Notes: a model not told the origin generated them from the sequence alone. Positions 50,335 through 60,199 are shown, counted from the stretch's first letter. The stretch: 64,000 nt of DNA from an uncultured Gammaproteobacteria bacterium (GCA_965230895.1 OZ246394.1:313316-377315), one strand, 5' to 3'. Numbers and translations: made by a program.

Positions 50335-50889
50335 ATGCGAAGATATATTTTATTAACAGCTGTTTTCGTTGGGCTTCTTTTTGTAACTCCACAACAGACA
50401 TTTGCCGTTTATAATGCAACTGATGGGAGTGTGAAAGGTACACTCGAGATTACTCCGAAAGATCCTCCGTATGCTGGACTACCTCTTAAATTAAAGTTTC
50501 AATTTGCTGACACACCACAAGGTTTTTCTCTACGTAATTGTGATTGCCAATTAAGTGTTGAAGAGCCTGGCAGACTTTCATCAAATATTCCAGTAACATT
50601 ACAAAATGAATCTGGTCCCGATGTCTTATTTGTCACTGTACAATATCTTTTTCCAAGCAATGCCCAATATAAGCTTACAATGAACGCGAAGCCAAAAGTA
50701 GCAAATGCGTTTGCTCCATTTACACTATCCTGGAATGTTCCTGTACAAGAAAATAAAAACCTTGTTCCATATACGAGTCATAAAGAGAAAAGTACGAGTA
50801 ACTATGTTGGAATTATAATCCCTCTCGTTATTGGAGTTGGTCTTATACTTGCGTTTATCTTCCGCAAAAAACTCCGACTCAAAAAATAA
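50335..50889 (+). CDS. Exported Ig-like protein with a CDC motif and C-terminal TM anchor
   Basis: Signal peptide, NCDC, C-terminal hydrophobic helix followed by RKKLRLKK. Confidence 0.7.
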   Translation: MRRYILLTAVFVGLLFVTPQQTFAVYNATDGSVKGTLEITPKDPPYAGLPLKLKFQFADTPQGFSLRNCDCQLSVEEPGRLSSNIPVTLQNESGPDVLFVTVQYLFPSNAQYKLTMNAKPKVANAFAPFTLSWNVPVQENKNLVPYTSHKEKSTSNYVGIIIPLVIGVGLILAFIFRKKLRLKK

Positions 50890-50957
50890 ATAGTGTACGC
50901 TTTATTACATAAATCATTGTCCTTTCAGAGTACATTTGTTATATTATCTGATAATAA

Positions 50958-53333
50958 ATGCCTAGGCTAAGATCTACGAAACAAACTAACTTACACCACT
51001 TCATTATTGGTGATGGCGAGATGGCTGATAGAATTCGGGAGTTTAACTGGGCAAAAACCGCACTCGGTCCAATAACTGAATGGCCGCAAAGTCTTCTTAC
51101 CTCTGTAAATATAGTACTGCAATCTCCTGTCCCGCTTGTCATGTTATGGGGTAAAGATGGCATTATGATTTATAACGATGGATACTCAGAGTTTGCTGGT
51201 GCAAGGCATCCGTCCTTACTTGGTTCAAAAGTACTTGAAGGTTGGCCTGAAGTTGCAGATCTTAACCGATTGGTTATGAAGAAAGGACTCCAAGGAAAAA
51301 CACTTTCGTACAAAGACCGCCATTTAGTTTTATACAGAAATAACATTAAAGAAGATCTCTGGTGCGATCTTAATTACAGTCCCATTATTGACGAGAGTGG
51401 AAAACCTGCGGGAGTACTAGCCATTGTCGTTGAAACAACAGGTCGTATTCTGGCTGAAAGACTCAAACAAAACGTAGAAAAAGATTTGCAAAATGAAAAA
51501 GATCGTTTAAAGAGTGTTCTTATGCAAGCTCCCGCATCTATTGCTGTGACCAGAGGAGAAAATCACGTGTATGAGTTAAAGAATACTCTTTACATGGAAC
51601 TCATTGGAAAGAAACGGGATATCATTGGTAAAACAGTTCGTGAAGCCTTACCCGAATTAGAAGGACAAGGCTTTTATGAACTACTGGATAATGTATTTAA
51701 AACAGGAATCCCCTATATCGGAAATGAGACCTTAGTAAAATTAGATAGAAAAGGAACAAAAAAGTTAGATAGCATTTACGTTAACTTTGTCTACCAACCG
51801 ATAAAGGACTCTGATGGAAACGTAGAAAGTATTTTTGTTCATGCAGTCGATGTTACAGACCAGGTCTTGGTGAAGAAGAAGATTGAAGAAAGTGAGGAAA
51901 AGTACCGAAGTCTCTTTAACACAATGGATCAAGGGTTCTGTATTATTGAGATGATCTTTAATCGTAACAGAAGACCTGTAGACTATCGTTTTGTCGAACT
52001 TAATCCTACATTTGAAAAACAAATTGGAATACATAATGCCATTGGAAAAACAGCAAAGGAACTTCTCCCCCATTTAGAAAAAAATTGGCTCGAGCACTTT
52101 GGAAGTGTTGCTCTTACAGGTAATTCAACCCGTTTTACAGATGGCTCTGACGAAAAAGGTCGTTGGTTTGATATTTATGCATTCCGCTTAGGTAAAAAGG
52201 ATAGTTTGCGAGTTGCGCTCCTCTTTACTGATATAACAGAACAAAAGCGATATGAAAACCATCTAAAAGAGCGAGAGAACTATTATCGCGAAATGACAGA
52301 TAACACACCAATTATGACTTGGGTTACAAACGTAAAAGCTAAATGTACGTATCTTAGTAGACCATGGTTTGAGTACACAGGTCAGACTTCTAAAGCGGCA
52401 TTAGGAAATGGTTGGTTGAAACCTGTGCATCCAGATGATTCAAAACATGCAAGCGAAACGTTTCTGGAAGCATATAAAAGTAGGAAAGCATTTAGCTTAG
52501 AGTATCGTTTGCGGAGATATGATGGCGTCTACCGATGGCATATGGATTCAGGACTACCAAAATTTGATAATAGAGGTATTTTTCAAGGATATATCGGTTC
52601 AGTTGTGGATATCCACGACCGAAAGATACTTGAACGTCAGAAAGATGATTTCTTGGGCATTGCCTCACATGAACTAAAAACTCCTGTAACGAGTATTAAA
52701 GCATATGGACAAGTATTGCAGCGTATGTTCAAAAATGAAGGCAACGTTAAAGGCGTTGAACATCTGGCCAAAATGGACGCACAAGTGAACCGTTTAAGCA
52801 ATTTAATTGAAGATTTACTTGATGTAACCAAGATCCAATCAGGTCGATTGCAGTTTCATGAAGAATATTTTGATTTGAATACTATTATTAATAATGTTGT
52901 TGAAGAGATTCAACGTACTACTGATAAACATACAATCATCAAGAAATTAGATAAGACAAAAAAGCTCTACGGAGATAGTGAAAGAATAGGACAAGTTATT
53001 ACCAACCTGATGACTAATGCAATAAAATATTCTCCAAAATCAGATAAAATTAATGTGTACACAAAGGTTGAACCAAAATCGGTAACACTTTGTGTTCAAG
53101 ACTTCGGTGTAGGAATCCCAACGGATAAAAAGGAAAAAGTATTTGAACAGTTCTTTCGAGTTAGTGGGCCAAAACAGGACACTTTCCCAGGATTGGGTTT
53201 GGGATTATATATTTCTAGTGAGATAATTAAACGTGAAGGTGGTAGAATCTGGGTTGAGAGTACAGAAGGCAAGGGTTCAACGTTCTGTTTTCGTCTGCCG
53301 ATAAGACAGAAACCTCAAAAGAAAAAGCTATGA
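50958..53333 (+). CDS. Soluble multi-PAS histidine kinase
   Basis: W..T.LGPI..WPQSL N-terminus, about 4 PAS domains, ASHELKTP, NAIKYS, GLGLGL. Confidence 0.94.
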   Translation: MPRLRSTKQTNLHHFIIGDGEMADRIREFNWAKTALGPITEWPQSLLTSVNIVLQSPVPLVMLWGKDGIMIYNDGYSEFAGARHPSLLGSKVLEGWPEVADLNRLVMKKGLQGKTLSYKDRHLVLYRNNIKEDLWCDLNYSPIIDESGKPAGVLAIVVETTGRILAERLKQNVEKDLQNEKDRLKSVLMQAPASIAVTRGENHVYELKNTLYMELIGKKRDIIGKTVREALPELEGQGFYELLDNVFKTGIPYIGNETLVKLDRKGTKKLDSIYVNFVYQPIKDSDGNVESIFVHAVDVTDQVLVKKKIEESEEKYRSLFNTMDQGFCIIEMIFNRNRRPVDYRFVELNPTFEKQIGIHNAIGKTAKELLPHLEKNWLEHFGSVALTGNSTRFTDGSDEKGRWFDIYAFRLGKKDSLRVALLFTDITEQKRYENHLKERENYYREMTDNTPIMTWVTNVKAKCTYLSRPWFEYTGQTSKAALGNGWLKPVHPDDSKHASETFLEAYKSRKAFSLEYRLRRYDGVYRWHMDSGLPKFDNRGIFQGYIGSVVDIHDRKILERQKDDFLGIASHELKTPVTSIKAYGQVLQRMFKNEGNVKGVEHLAKMDAQVNRLSNLIEDLLDVTKIQSGRLQFHEEYFDLNTIINNVVEEIQRTTDKHTIIKKLDKTKKLYGDSERIGQVITNLMTNAIKYSPKSDKINVYTKVEPKSVTLCVQDFGVGIPTDKKEKVFEQFFRVSGPKQDTFPGLGLGLYISSEIIKREGGRIWVESTEGKGSTFCFRLPIRQKPQKKKL

Positions 53334-53689
53334 AAAAAAAGACAATAATGGTTGCCGATGATGATCCAGCAATTGTTGATGCATTAAAACTAATGCTGGA
53401 ATTTGCTGAGTATGATGTTATTACCACAGAAGATGGCAATGAAGTACGTAATCTTAAAGGCCGTCTTCCTGATCTCCTACTCCTAGATATATGGATGTCA
53501 GGTGAGAACGGTCGCGAAATCTGTAAAAAACTTAAATCGCAACAATCAACAAAATCACTTCCAGTAATCCTCATCTCTGCAAGCCGCGAAGTTGAAAAGT
53601 CTGCAAGAGATGCTGGAGCTGAGGACTTCATCGCCAAGCCATTTGAGATGGATGAGCTGCTCAACAAAATCGAAAAATACGTGCAATAG
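53330..53689 (+). CDS. Single-domain response regulator
   Basis: ADDD, LLDIW, ISAS, AKPF; ATGA overlap with the kinase. Confidence 0.93.
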   Translation: MKKKTIMVADDDPAIVDALKLMLEFAEYDVITTEDGNEVRNLKGRLPDLLLLDIWMSGENGREICKKLKSQQSTKSLPVILISASREVEKSARDAGAEDFIAKPFEMDELLNKIEKYVQ

Positions 53690-53691
53690 TA

Positions 53692-54357
53692 TTAGCTCCA
53701 ATTAATTGGAGTTAATCCATGTTTCTTTAAATATTCATTACATTGGCTGAAGTGGTGATTGTTATAAAACATTGTGACAGAGTACGGTGAAGGATGTCCT
53801 GATGTGAGCACTAAATTATCTTCTCTCTTTATGACCAATCCTTTATTTTGTGCGTACTTTCCCCATAGCATGTAAACGACATGTTTGCGATCTGCATTGA
53901 GTGCATGAATGACACTGTCTGTGAATTCTTCCCATCCTTTCTTCGCATGTGATGCCGGATTGCCAGCTCGAACAGTTAAAACGCTATTGAGCATGAGAAC
54001 TCCTTGCTTTGCCCAACGGGTCAAATCTCCAGATGGAGATGGAGTAATTCCTAAATCATTTTTGATTTCCTGATAAATATTTTTGAGTGATGGCGGAAGA
54101 GCTATGCCATCATTAACCGAAAATGATAATCCATTCGCTTGCTTAAACCCGTGATATGGATCTTGTCCGACAATAACTACTTTAACTTGATCGAAAGGGC
54201 AGAGATCAAATGCCCTAAAAATATTTGGACCAGGTGGATAGACTTTATTTGTTTTATATTCTTCTTTGACAAAAGCCGTGAGGTTTTTCCAGTAATCCTG
54301 CTCAAATTGTGGAGCTAATTCTTTCTTCCAACTTTCATCAATTTTCACTTCACTCAT
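53692..54357 (-). CDS. ung: Uracil-DNA glycosylase, family 1
   Basis: GQDPYH, PPSLKNI, MLNSVLTV, LWG, HPSP. Confidence 0.95.
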   Translation of the reverse strand: MSEVKIDESWKKELAPQFEQDYWKNLTAFVKEEYKTNKVYPPGPNIFRAFDLCPFDQVKVVIVGQDPYHGFKQANGLSFSVNDGIALPPSLKNIYQEIKNDLGITPSPSGDLTRWAKQGVLMLNSVLTVRAGNPASHAKKGWEEFTDSVIHALNADRKHVVYMLWGKYAQNKGLVIKREDNLVLTSGHPSPYSVTMFYNNHHFSQCNEYLKKHGLTPINWS

Positions 54358-54424
54358 GACCTTTATCATATAGTTGATACGCAAGATATGCAAGCAATTC
54401 TTGCAAAAAACTGAAAGAACCTGA

Positions 54425-54480
54425 TATAACCTTCTCTTACACATTTCTTCATTGACTTAAGCTCTTCGATTTAGTAATTT
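54425..54480 (+). promoter_or_regulatory. Sigma70 promoter with upstream 11-bp-periodic repeats
   Basis: TATAAC-N5-CTTACA-N5-CTTCAT abutting TTGACT-N17-TAATTT-N7-ATG. Confidence 0.5.
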
Positions 54481-54487
54481 AGAAGTT

Positions 54488-54886
54488 ATGAAAATGAAGT
54501 TAGAACTCATTCCAGTTCCTGTCACAGATGTCGATCGAGCAAAAGCTTTTTATGTTGAAAAGCTTGGATTTAACGCTGATCATGACCATAGAGTGAGTGA
54601 GCAAGTTCGATTTGTTCAGCTTACCCCTGAAGGATCAGCGTGTTCAATTTGTATTGGCGAAGGCCTTACAGAAATGACTCCTGGATCGATGAAAGGGTTA
54701 CAAGTTGTCATTGATAACGCGCAAGCTGCGCATGATGAACTCAAAGCAAAGGGTGTTGATGTCAGTGATGTCGATGAACAAGTGTGGGGTAAATTTGTCT
54801 ATTTTAGTGATCCAGATGGCAACACATGGGCACTTCAAGAACTTCCTGACTACAGTAAAAATTCAGAACTTACGCAAACATCTTGA
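54488..54886 (+). CDS. VOC/glyoxalase family protein
   Basis: VTDVDRAKAFY..KLGF, FSDPDGNTW.LQE. Confidence 0.92.
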   Translation: MKMKLELIPVPVTDVDRAKAFYVEKLGFNADHDHRVSEQVRFVQLTPEGSACSICIGEGLTEMTPGSMKGLQVVIDNAQAAHDELKAKGVDVSDVDEQVWGKFVYFSDPDGNTWALQELPDYSKNSELTQTS

Positions 54887-54893
54887 AGCTAGT

Positions 54894-55520
54894 ATGTCAA
54901 AGAAAACTCTTCTTACGCTCAGTATGTTTGCAGGACCTCTCTATATAGGACTGGCAGTTCTCCAAATGATACTTCGTCCTGAATTTGATATAACAAAACA
55001 TTCCCTTAGTCTCATGAGTAATGGATCTCTTGGATGGATCCAAATCAGTAATTTTATTCTCACTGGATTGTTTGTCATTGCTGGAGGAGTTGGTATCAAC
55101 AAAGTGCTAAAAGGTAAATCAGGTGGTACGTGGGGTCCTCTCATGCTCGGATTATATGGACTTGGATTAGTTGCTGCTGGACTTTTCAAAGCAGATCCAA
55201 TGGGTGGATTTCCACCTGATAGTCCGACGATGAATGTTGTTACCACTAGTGGACTTATGCATTTAATCGTTGGTAGCATCGGGTTTATTGGATTAATTGC
55301 TGCGTGTTTTATCTTTGCTCGAAAGTTTTATAAAGATAAGGATCAAACATGGGCGAATTATTCCCTTGCGACTGGAATTATCTTCTTTCTCGCATTTGCC
55401 GGTATTGCATCAGGTTCTCAACCAGGGAGTCCACTTCTTACTCCAGTAACGCTTGGATTTTATTTTGCCGTAGCGTGGAGTTTCATTTGGCTCTCTCTTC
55501 TCTCAAAGAAGTTAATCTGA
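54894..55520 (+). CDS. DUF998 family membrane protein
   Basis: H.LS.MS.G..GWIQ..NF, F.ADP..GFP, H. Confidence 0.82.
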   Translation: MSKKTLLTLSMFAGPLYIGLAVLQMILRPEFDITKHSLSLMSNGSLGWIQISNFILTGLFVIAGGVGINKVLKGKSGGTWGPLMLGLYGLGLVAAGLFKADPMGGFPPDSPTMNVVTTSGLMHLIVGSIGFIGLIAACFIFARKFYKDKDQTWANYSLATGIIFFLAFAGIASGSQPGSPLLTPVTLGFYFAVAWSFIWLSLLSKKLI

Positions 55521-55574
55521 TATAATAGATTGAATAGCTGAGGTAACTTATTACTCTTCGTTCTCTTCTAGCGT

Positions 55575-56990
55575 ATGTCCAAACATTTCGAATCAATCAG
55601 GAAGAATATGGTTTTGCTTTTGTTGTCTTTGACAATGTTTCTTGTTGTGCTCGATAGCGCGATTGTGAACGTCGCACTTCCTGCAATTAAAAACGATCTT
55701 CATTTTGATGCAGCATCGCTTCAATGGGTTTTGACAGCTTACATTTTAACGTTTGGTGGTTTTCTCATGTTGGGAGGAAGAGCTGCTGATTTATTCGGTC
55801 GACGAAAAGTTCTTCTCTGGGGAATTGGTGGATTTACATTATTTTCTCTATTAATTGGTTTATCACACACGAGCTTAATGCTTATTATTTTGCGTGCATT
55901 ACAAGGATTGGCAGCAGCATTTATGGCGCCAACTGCCTTATCAATTCTTTTAACAACTTTTGAGGAAGGCCCAGAAAGAAACCGAGCGCTAAGTATTTGG
56001 GGACTCGTGGCATCTGGTGGTGCGGCTGCTGGGGTTTTCCTCGGTGGTGTTCTCACCCAATTTCTTGGATGGCAATGGTGTTTCTTCGTCAACGTCCCCG
56101 TAGGTTTGATTGCAATCTGGGGCATCTTAAAATACATTCCTGCACAACCGCATGATGAAAGTAATAAAAACCTTGATATACCAGGTGCATTTCTCGTAAC
56201 AAGTGGACTTATAGCAGTAGTCTATGCACTAACTCTTGCACCTGAAATTGGCTGGACAGCTCCAGAAACAATTACCGCAATGCTTGCAGGGTTAGTCCTG
56301 CTAGCACTCTTTCTATTTAATGAAACAAAAGCGAAGCATCCATTGGTTCCGCTTAAGATTTTTAAAAATAGAAATCTAAGTGGTGGTAATTTAATTATGT
56401 TACCTGTTGTTGCTGGTGCGTTGGGACAAGGATTCTTTCTCACGCTTTATATTCAAAACATTTTGCACTACTCCCCAGTCCAAACTGGTTTGAGCTTTCT
56501 CCCAGTGCCAATCATTATCGGTATTATTTCGTTCAACGCTCCAAAGCTTCTCAACAAGTTTGATGTCAAATCATTGCTTGTCACTGGAACAATTCTTGTA
56601 ACAATTGGTGTCTTTATGTTTAGTTTCCTTAATGAAAATTCTTCGTATCTTCTACATCTATTGCCCGCATACATTATTATGGCAGTTGGATTTGGACTTT
56701 CATTCATTTCTGTCACAATCGCGGCAACAGCTGGTATCCCTCATCATGAGGCTGGTCTTGCATCAGGGTTACTGAATACCTCGCAACAAGTTGGTGGTGC
56801 GTTAGGATTGGCTGTGCTTACTGTTGTTGCAAATACTGCGACTGAAAGTGCGAAAGCAATGGGTTGGTCACAAGGTCTTTCAAATCTTTACGGTTATCAG
56901 CAAGTATTTTTATGGGCGTCAGCAATGATGCTTGTATCAGTCTTCATCGCTTGGTTCGTCATTAAGATGCCTAAGAATGTGAGTCATTAG
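55575..56990 (+). CDS. MFS transporter, DHA2 family
   Basis: LDSAIVNVALP, GGRAADLFGRR, FFVNVPVG. Confidence 0.93.
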   Translation: MSKHFESIRKNMVLLLLSLTMFLVVLDSAIVNVALPAIKNDLHFDAASLQWVLTAYILTFGGFLMLGGRAADLFGRRKVLLWGIGGFTLFSLLIGLSHTSLMLIILRALQGLAAAFMAPTALSILLTTFEEGPERNRALSIWGLVASGGAAAGVFLGGVLTQFLGWQWCFFVNVPVGLIAIWGILKYIPAQPHDESNKNLDIPGAFLVTSGLIAVVYALTLAPEIGWTAPETITAMLAGLVLLALFLFNETKAKHPLVPLKIFKNRNLSGGNLIMLPVVAGALGQGFFLTLYIQNILHYSPVQTGLSFLPVPIIIGIISFNAPKLLNKFDVKSLLVTGTILVTIGVFMFSFLNENSSYLLHLLPAYIIMAVGFGLSFISVTIAATAGIPHHEAGLASGLLNTSQQVGGALGLAVLTVVANTATESAKAMGWSQGLSNLYGYQQVFLWASAMMLVSVFIAWFVIKMPKNVSH

Positions 56991-57005
56991 GAAATACGTA
57001 ATTGT

Positions 57006-57374
57006 ATGAAATACAAATTCTCCGCAGATAAAGCTAATAAATTCAAGAAACACGGAATTGATTTAACTGTTTATAGAGAAGATGTCCCATCCGCAAATGT
57101 CGTTTATGTAGAAGTCGATGGAGGACACATGCAGGAATTCAAAGATACTACGAGCCACTTTATTTATTACATCATTGAAGGGAATGGAGTGTTTATTTTG
57201 GATGATGAACAAGTTGAAGTAAAAGCTACAGATTTGATTGTCATTCCGCCAAATACGAGAATTCACTACTTCGGAAAAATGAAAATGACTCTTACGGTAA
57301 CTCCGGCATGGAAGGCTGAAAATGAAGTACATGTACGATTCATTGATGAGCAAGAAAACCCTTTGAAGCAATAG
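57006..57374 (+). CDS. Cupin domain protein
   Basis: H..E, YYIIEG.G, DLIVIPP...H. Confidence 0.8.
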   Translation: MKYKFSADKANKFKKHGIDLTVYREDVPSANVVYVEVDGGHMQEFKDTTSHFIYYIIEGNGVFILDDEQVEVKATDLIVIPPNTRIHYFGKMKMTLTVTPAWKAENEVHVRFIDEQENPLKQ

Positions 57375-57377
57375 CTA

Positions 57378-57896
57378 ATGAAAAAAGAACGTGAAGATAA
57401 AATAAGAAGAATACACTTTGGGAAACTATCTGTAAATGAAATTAATAAAATAACTCAAGTAGAAACTATTTTGATTTTAGATGAACTGAATGATCAACTC
57501 AGAAAGCTAAATGAAAATCTGGTAAAGTCTGATAATCAAAGTCAAAAATTAGAACAGTCGAACTATAGATTGCAATGGATTATGTTGATCCTAACAGCTA
57601 TCACTGCATTTGTTGCTATCTATCCATTTATAGAAGCATTTACTTTATATCTCGCATTACAATTATCTCCTGTTATTTCTTCTATGCTTAGGATTAATTT
57701 GCTTTCTAATGAACTTATCCAAATATTGGCTTCTATTGTAACGGCGTCACTCGGGATATTGTTTGCGTACATTACGAACCGTCGGGTATCAAATCTCTAT
57801 ACAATTAATTTAGAAGATCATATTAAACTAAGAGATAGTTTACATATTATATTAAGGGATAAAGATGGGAATATAAAGGAAGAGAGAGATATTTAA
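57378..57896 (+). CDS. Hypothetical membrane protein (coiled coil plus 2-3 TM)
   Basis: 172-aa ORF 3 nt after the cupin stop. Confidence 0.6.
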   Translation: MKKEREDKIRRIHFGKLSVNEINKITQVETILILDELNDQLRKLNENLVKSDNQSQKLEQSNYRLQWIMLILTAITAFVAIYPFIEAFTLYLALQLSPVISSMLRINLLSNELIQILASIVTASLGILFAYITNRRVSNLYTINLEDHIKLRDSLHIILRDKDGNIKEERDI

Positions 57897-59203
57897 CTTT
57901 TCTTTTTCTTTTCAGGTTCGAGGTATCTGGCAGCGAGTAATTTATATGCTGGGAGTCTCATACATACAAGTGTCATTATAAGCCCAATGAATCCAGTCAA
58001 AATGAAGACCAAAGCAATTCCTCTTCCCTGACCAACCCCAAACCAATCTCCAATCAGATCAACACCCGCGCCAGTCGTCATGTATGGGATAAAGATAAAT
58101 TGTGCAACAGGTCCAATCATAAAAGCAGTCAATGGACTTGCTGCTTGCTCTACACTTTGTGCAAATCCAAACACTCTCCCCTGTCTTTCATATGGTACAA
58201 CTTTTTGGATAATTGTTTGTTCAGCTGCTTCGACAAATGGTATGAGGATCATATACAGAAGGATTCCTCCTGCAAAAAGCCAAATTGAAGGCTGGATTGT
58301 AAAGAAAATACAGATGATCCACATGATGATATTTACGCGGAAAACTGTTGTAAGAGGATTCTTGCCAAGACCTCTTTTCGCAATTAATGCACCACCGACC
58401 ATAAATCCTAGACTTGTAACAGCCAAGACAAGTCCCCATTGCTGGACGTTCACAAGGGATAAACCATACGCATCCATCAACGACATGAAGACACCACCGA
58501 GGAAATTATTAAATGTAGAGAAGAAAATGAGTGCAAACATACCAGGGATTGTTCCGATAATTTTTATCGTTCCACTGATATCAATCTTTTTCGGTTTTTC
58601 TTCTGTATGCACAATTGCCTTCTCCGGGATATTGATATAGGCTAAATGAATAATTGTTATCGCAAGAAGTACAATTGCTGAGAGAAGTACCCAGAACATT
58701 CCTGCAAATCCCAATAAGATTCCACTGATGATGGAACAAATTGAGAACGAAACTCCAAAAACCATTCCTGATAAACCGTTTGCTTTATCTCGTTTGTCTT
58801 CATCAACCAAGATGGTGGTTACTGTAGAAAGTGCTATGTTTCTGATATTCCCGGCTATTGCACCTGCAAGAATGACAGTGACAAAAAACCAATACTGCCA
58901 ATTTGCTACTGACTGAAATGCAGATTCAGGAGTGAAATGATAAAAAGCTAACGCAACGATAAATAAAGCAAGTGTACAGACATTTGAAACTTGCATTGCA
59001 ATCTTTTTCTTGTGATGGTCCACAAGTGATCCAAACCACAAACTTGAGAGAGCTGTCATAACAAGGTAAACTCCGCCAATAATTGACGTTGCGAGGACGG
59101 ACTTTGTTTCAAGATATGCCCAAAAAGTCAGTGCAAACCAGACATAACCATTGGCAACATTGACTACCAATGTATTCCCTAGAATTTGATAAAACGCTTT
59201 CAT
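57893..59203 (-). CDS. MFS transporter, DHA3-like
   Basis: 12 TM, GSLVDH, QKVVP.ERQGRVFG. Confidence 0.88.
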   Translation of the reverse strand: MKAFYQILGNTLVVNVANGYVWFALTFWAYLETKSVLATSIIGGVYLVMTALSSLWFGSLVDHHKKKIAMQVSNVCTLALFIVALAFYHFTPESAFQSVANWQYWFFVTVILAGAIAGNIRNIALSTVTTILVDEDKRDKANGLSGMVFGVSFSICSIISGILLGFAGMFWVLLSAIVLLAITIIHLAYINIPEKAIVHTEEKPKKIDISGTIKIIGTIPGMFALIFFSTFNNFLGGVFMSLMDAYGLSLVNVQQWGLVLAVTSLGFMVGGALIAKRGLGKNPLTTVFRVNIIMWIICIFFTIQPSIWLFAGGILLYMILIPFVEAAEQTIIQKVVPYERQGRVFGFAQSVEQAASPLTAFMIGPVAQFIFIPYMTTGAGVDLIGDWFGVGQGRGIALVFILTGFIGLIMTLVCMRLPAYKLLAARYLEPEKKKKS

Positions 59204-59281
59204 TACATTCATTATAGCAGAAGTTGAGCTCAACATTTTCGATATTTGTCATACCTATTGCGATCATGCTAATGTAGAAGT

Positions 59282-60199
59282 ATGGAAGAAAGTCAGCAAC
59301 AACATAGGATCGAAGAACGTATTCAGCCGCCTGATTTAGAAGCTGATCAACAAGCTGAGCCTCCACACCATGTCTCAAATAAACCAATTGTTATTGGTTT
59401 GCTTATCTTAGGAGTCCTTTTCCTTATCGGAATTTATTATTTTACTGTGCACCCAAGACCTCCAGTCACTGATACAATTCAAGACCAAGCGATGCTTTCC
59501 GTTGCGCCGACAAAGCCTATTGAGGTCGATTGGGAATTTGATGGAAACCAATGGAAAGCTTCAACAACGCCGCCGGCTTGTCAGGAGCCAATCGTTTTTG
59601 AGCAATTAGTCGATTTGAGCTTAGTCTCGGCAATTCTATATCCTGGCCAAGTTCGTGGTGGTGATTACAAACCACATGGAGGTTTTGTCTTTGCTAATAG
59701 ATTAAATGAAGAGATTGTTGTCCGTGCTCCAATGGATGCTCGACTGATTGCTGGAAGTAGATATATTGAACAAGGTGAAGTTCAATATCTTTTGTTCTTT
59801 GTAAATTCTTGCGGTATCGCCTATAGATTTGATCATTTGTTAACTTTGGCACCGGAGATACAAAAAGTAGTTGATACCCTCCCTCAACCAGTTGAGAATA
59901 ATTCACAAACCACTAAATTTGCATCACCGTCTGCAGTAAAAAAAGGTGATCCGATAGCGACGGCAATTGGTTTTAAAAATACACAAAATGTGACATTTGA
60001 TTTCGGAGTGTACGACTTACGCAAACAAAATGTAATGGCTTCTGATGCGGCTTTTGCACAGTTCCATGCAGATGAAAAGGATCAAGCATATTATGCAGTT
60101 TGTTGGCTAGATCTTTTCCCAACTGATCAGGTCGCTACAATTAAAAGTTTCCCTGGAGGTGATGCTTTAGTCGGGAAAGCAAGTGATTACTGTAAGTAA
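59282..60199 (+). CDS. Membrane-anchored protein with a degenerate M23-like fold
   Basis: N-terminal TM; HGGF, V.AP.D, YRFDHL, VKKGD.I, FDFGVYD. Confidence 0.5.
   Translation: MEESQQQHRIEERIQPPDLEADQQAEPPHHVSNKPIVIGLLILGVLFLIGIYYFTVHPRPPVTDTIQDQAMLSVAPTKPIEVDWEFDGNQWKASTTPPACQEPIVFEQLVDLSLVSAILYPGQVRGGDYKPHGGFVFANRLNEEIVVRAPMDARLIAGSRYIEQGEVQYLLFFVNSCGIAYRFDHLLTLAPEIQKVVDTLPQPVENNSQTTKFASPSAVKKGDPIATAIGFKNTQNVTFDFGVYDLRKQNVMASDAAFAQFHADEKDQAYYAVCWLDLFPTDQVATIKSFPGGDALVGKASDYCK

Noticed and set aside
43353-58640. Long antisense ORFs (43353..43880, 53227..53667, 55739..56137, 58080..58640 and similar)
   Set aside because: They lie opposite well-supported genes and have no recognisable motifs.
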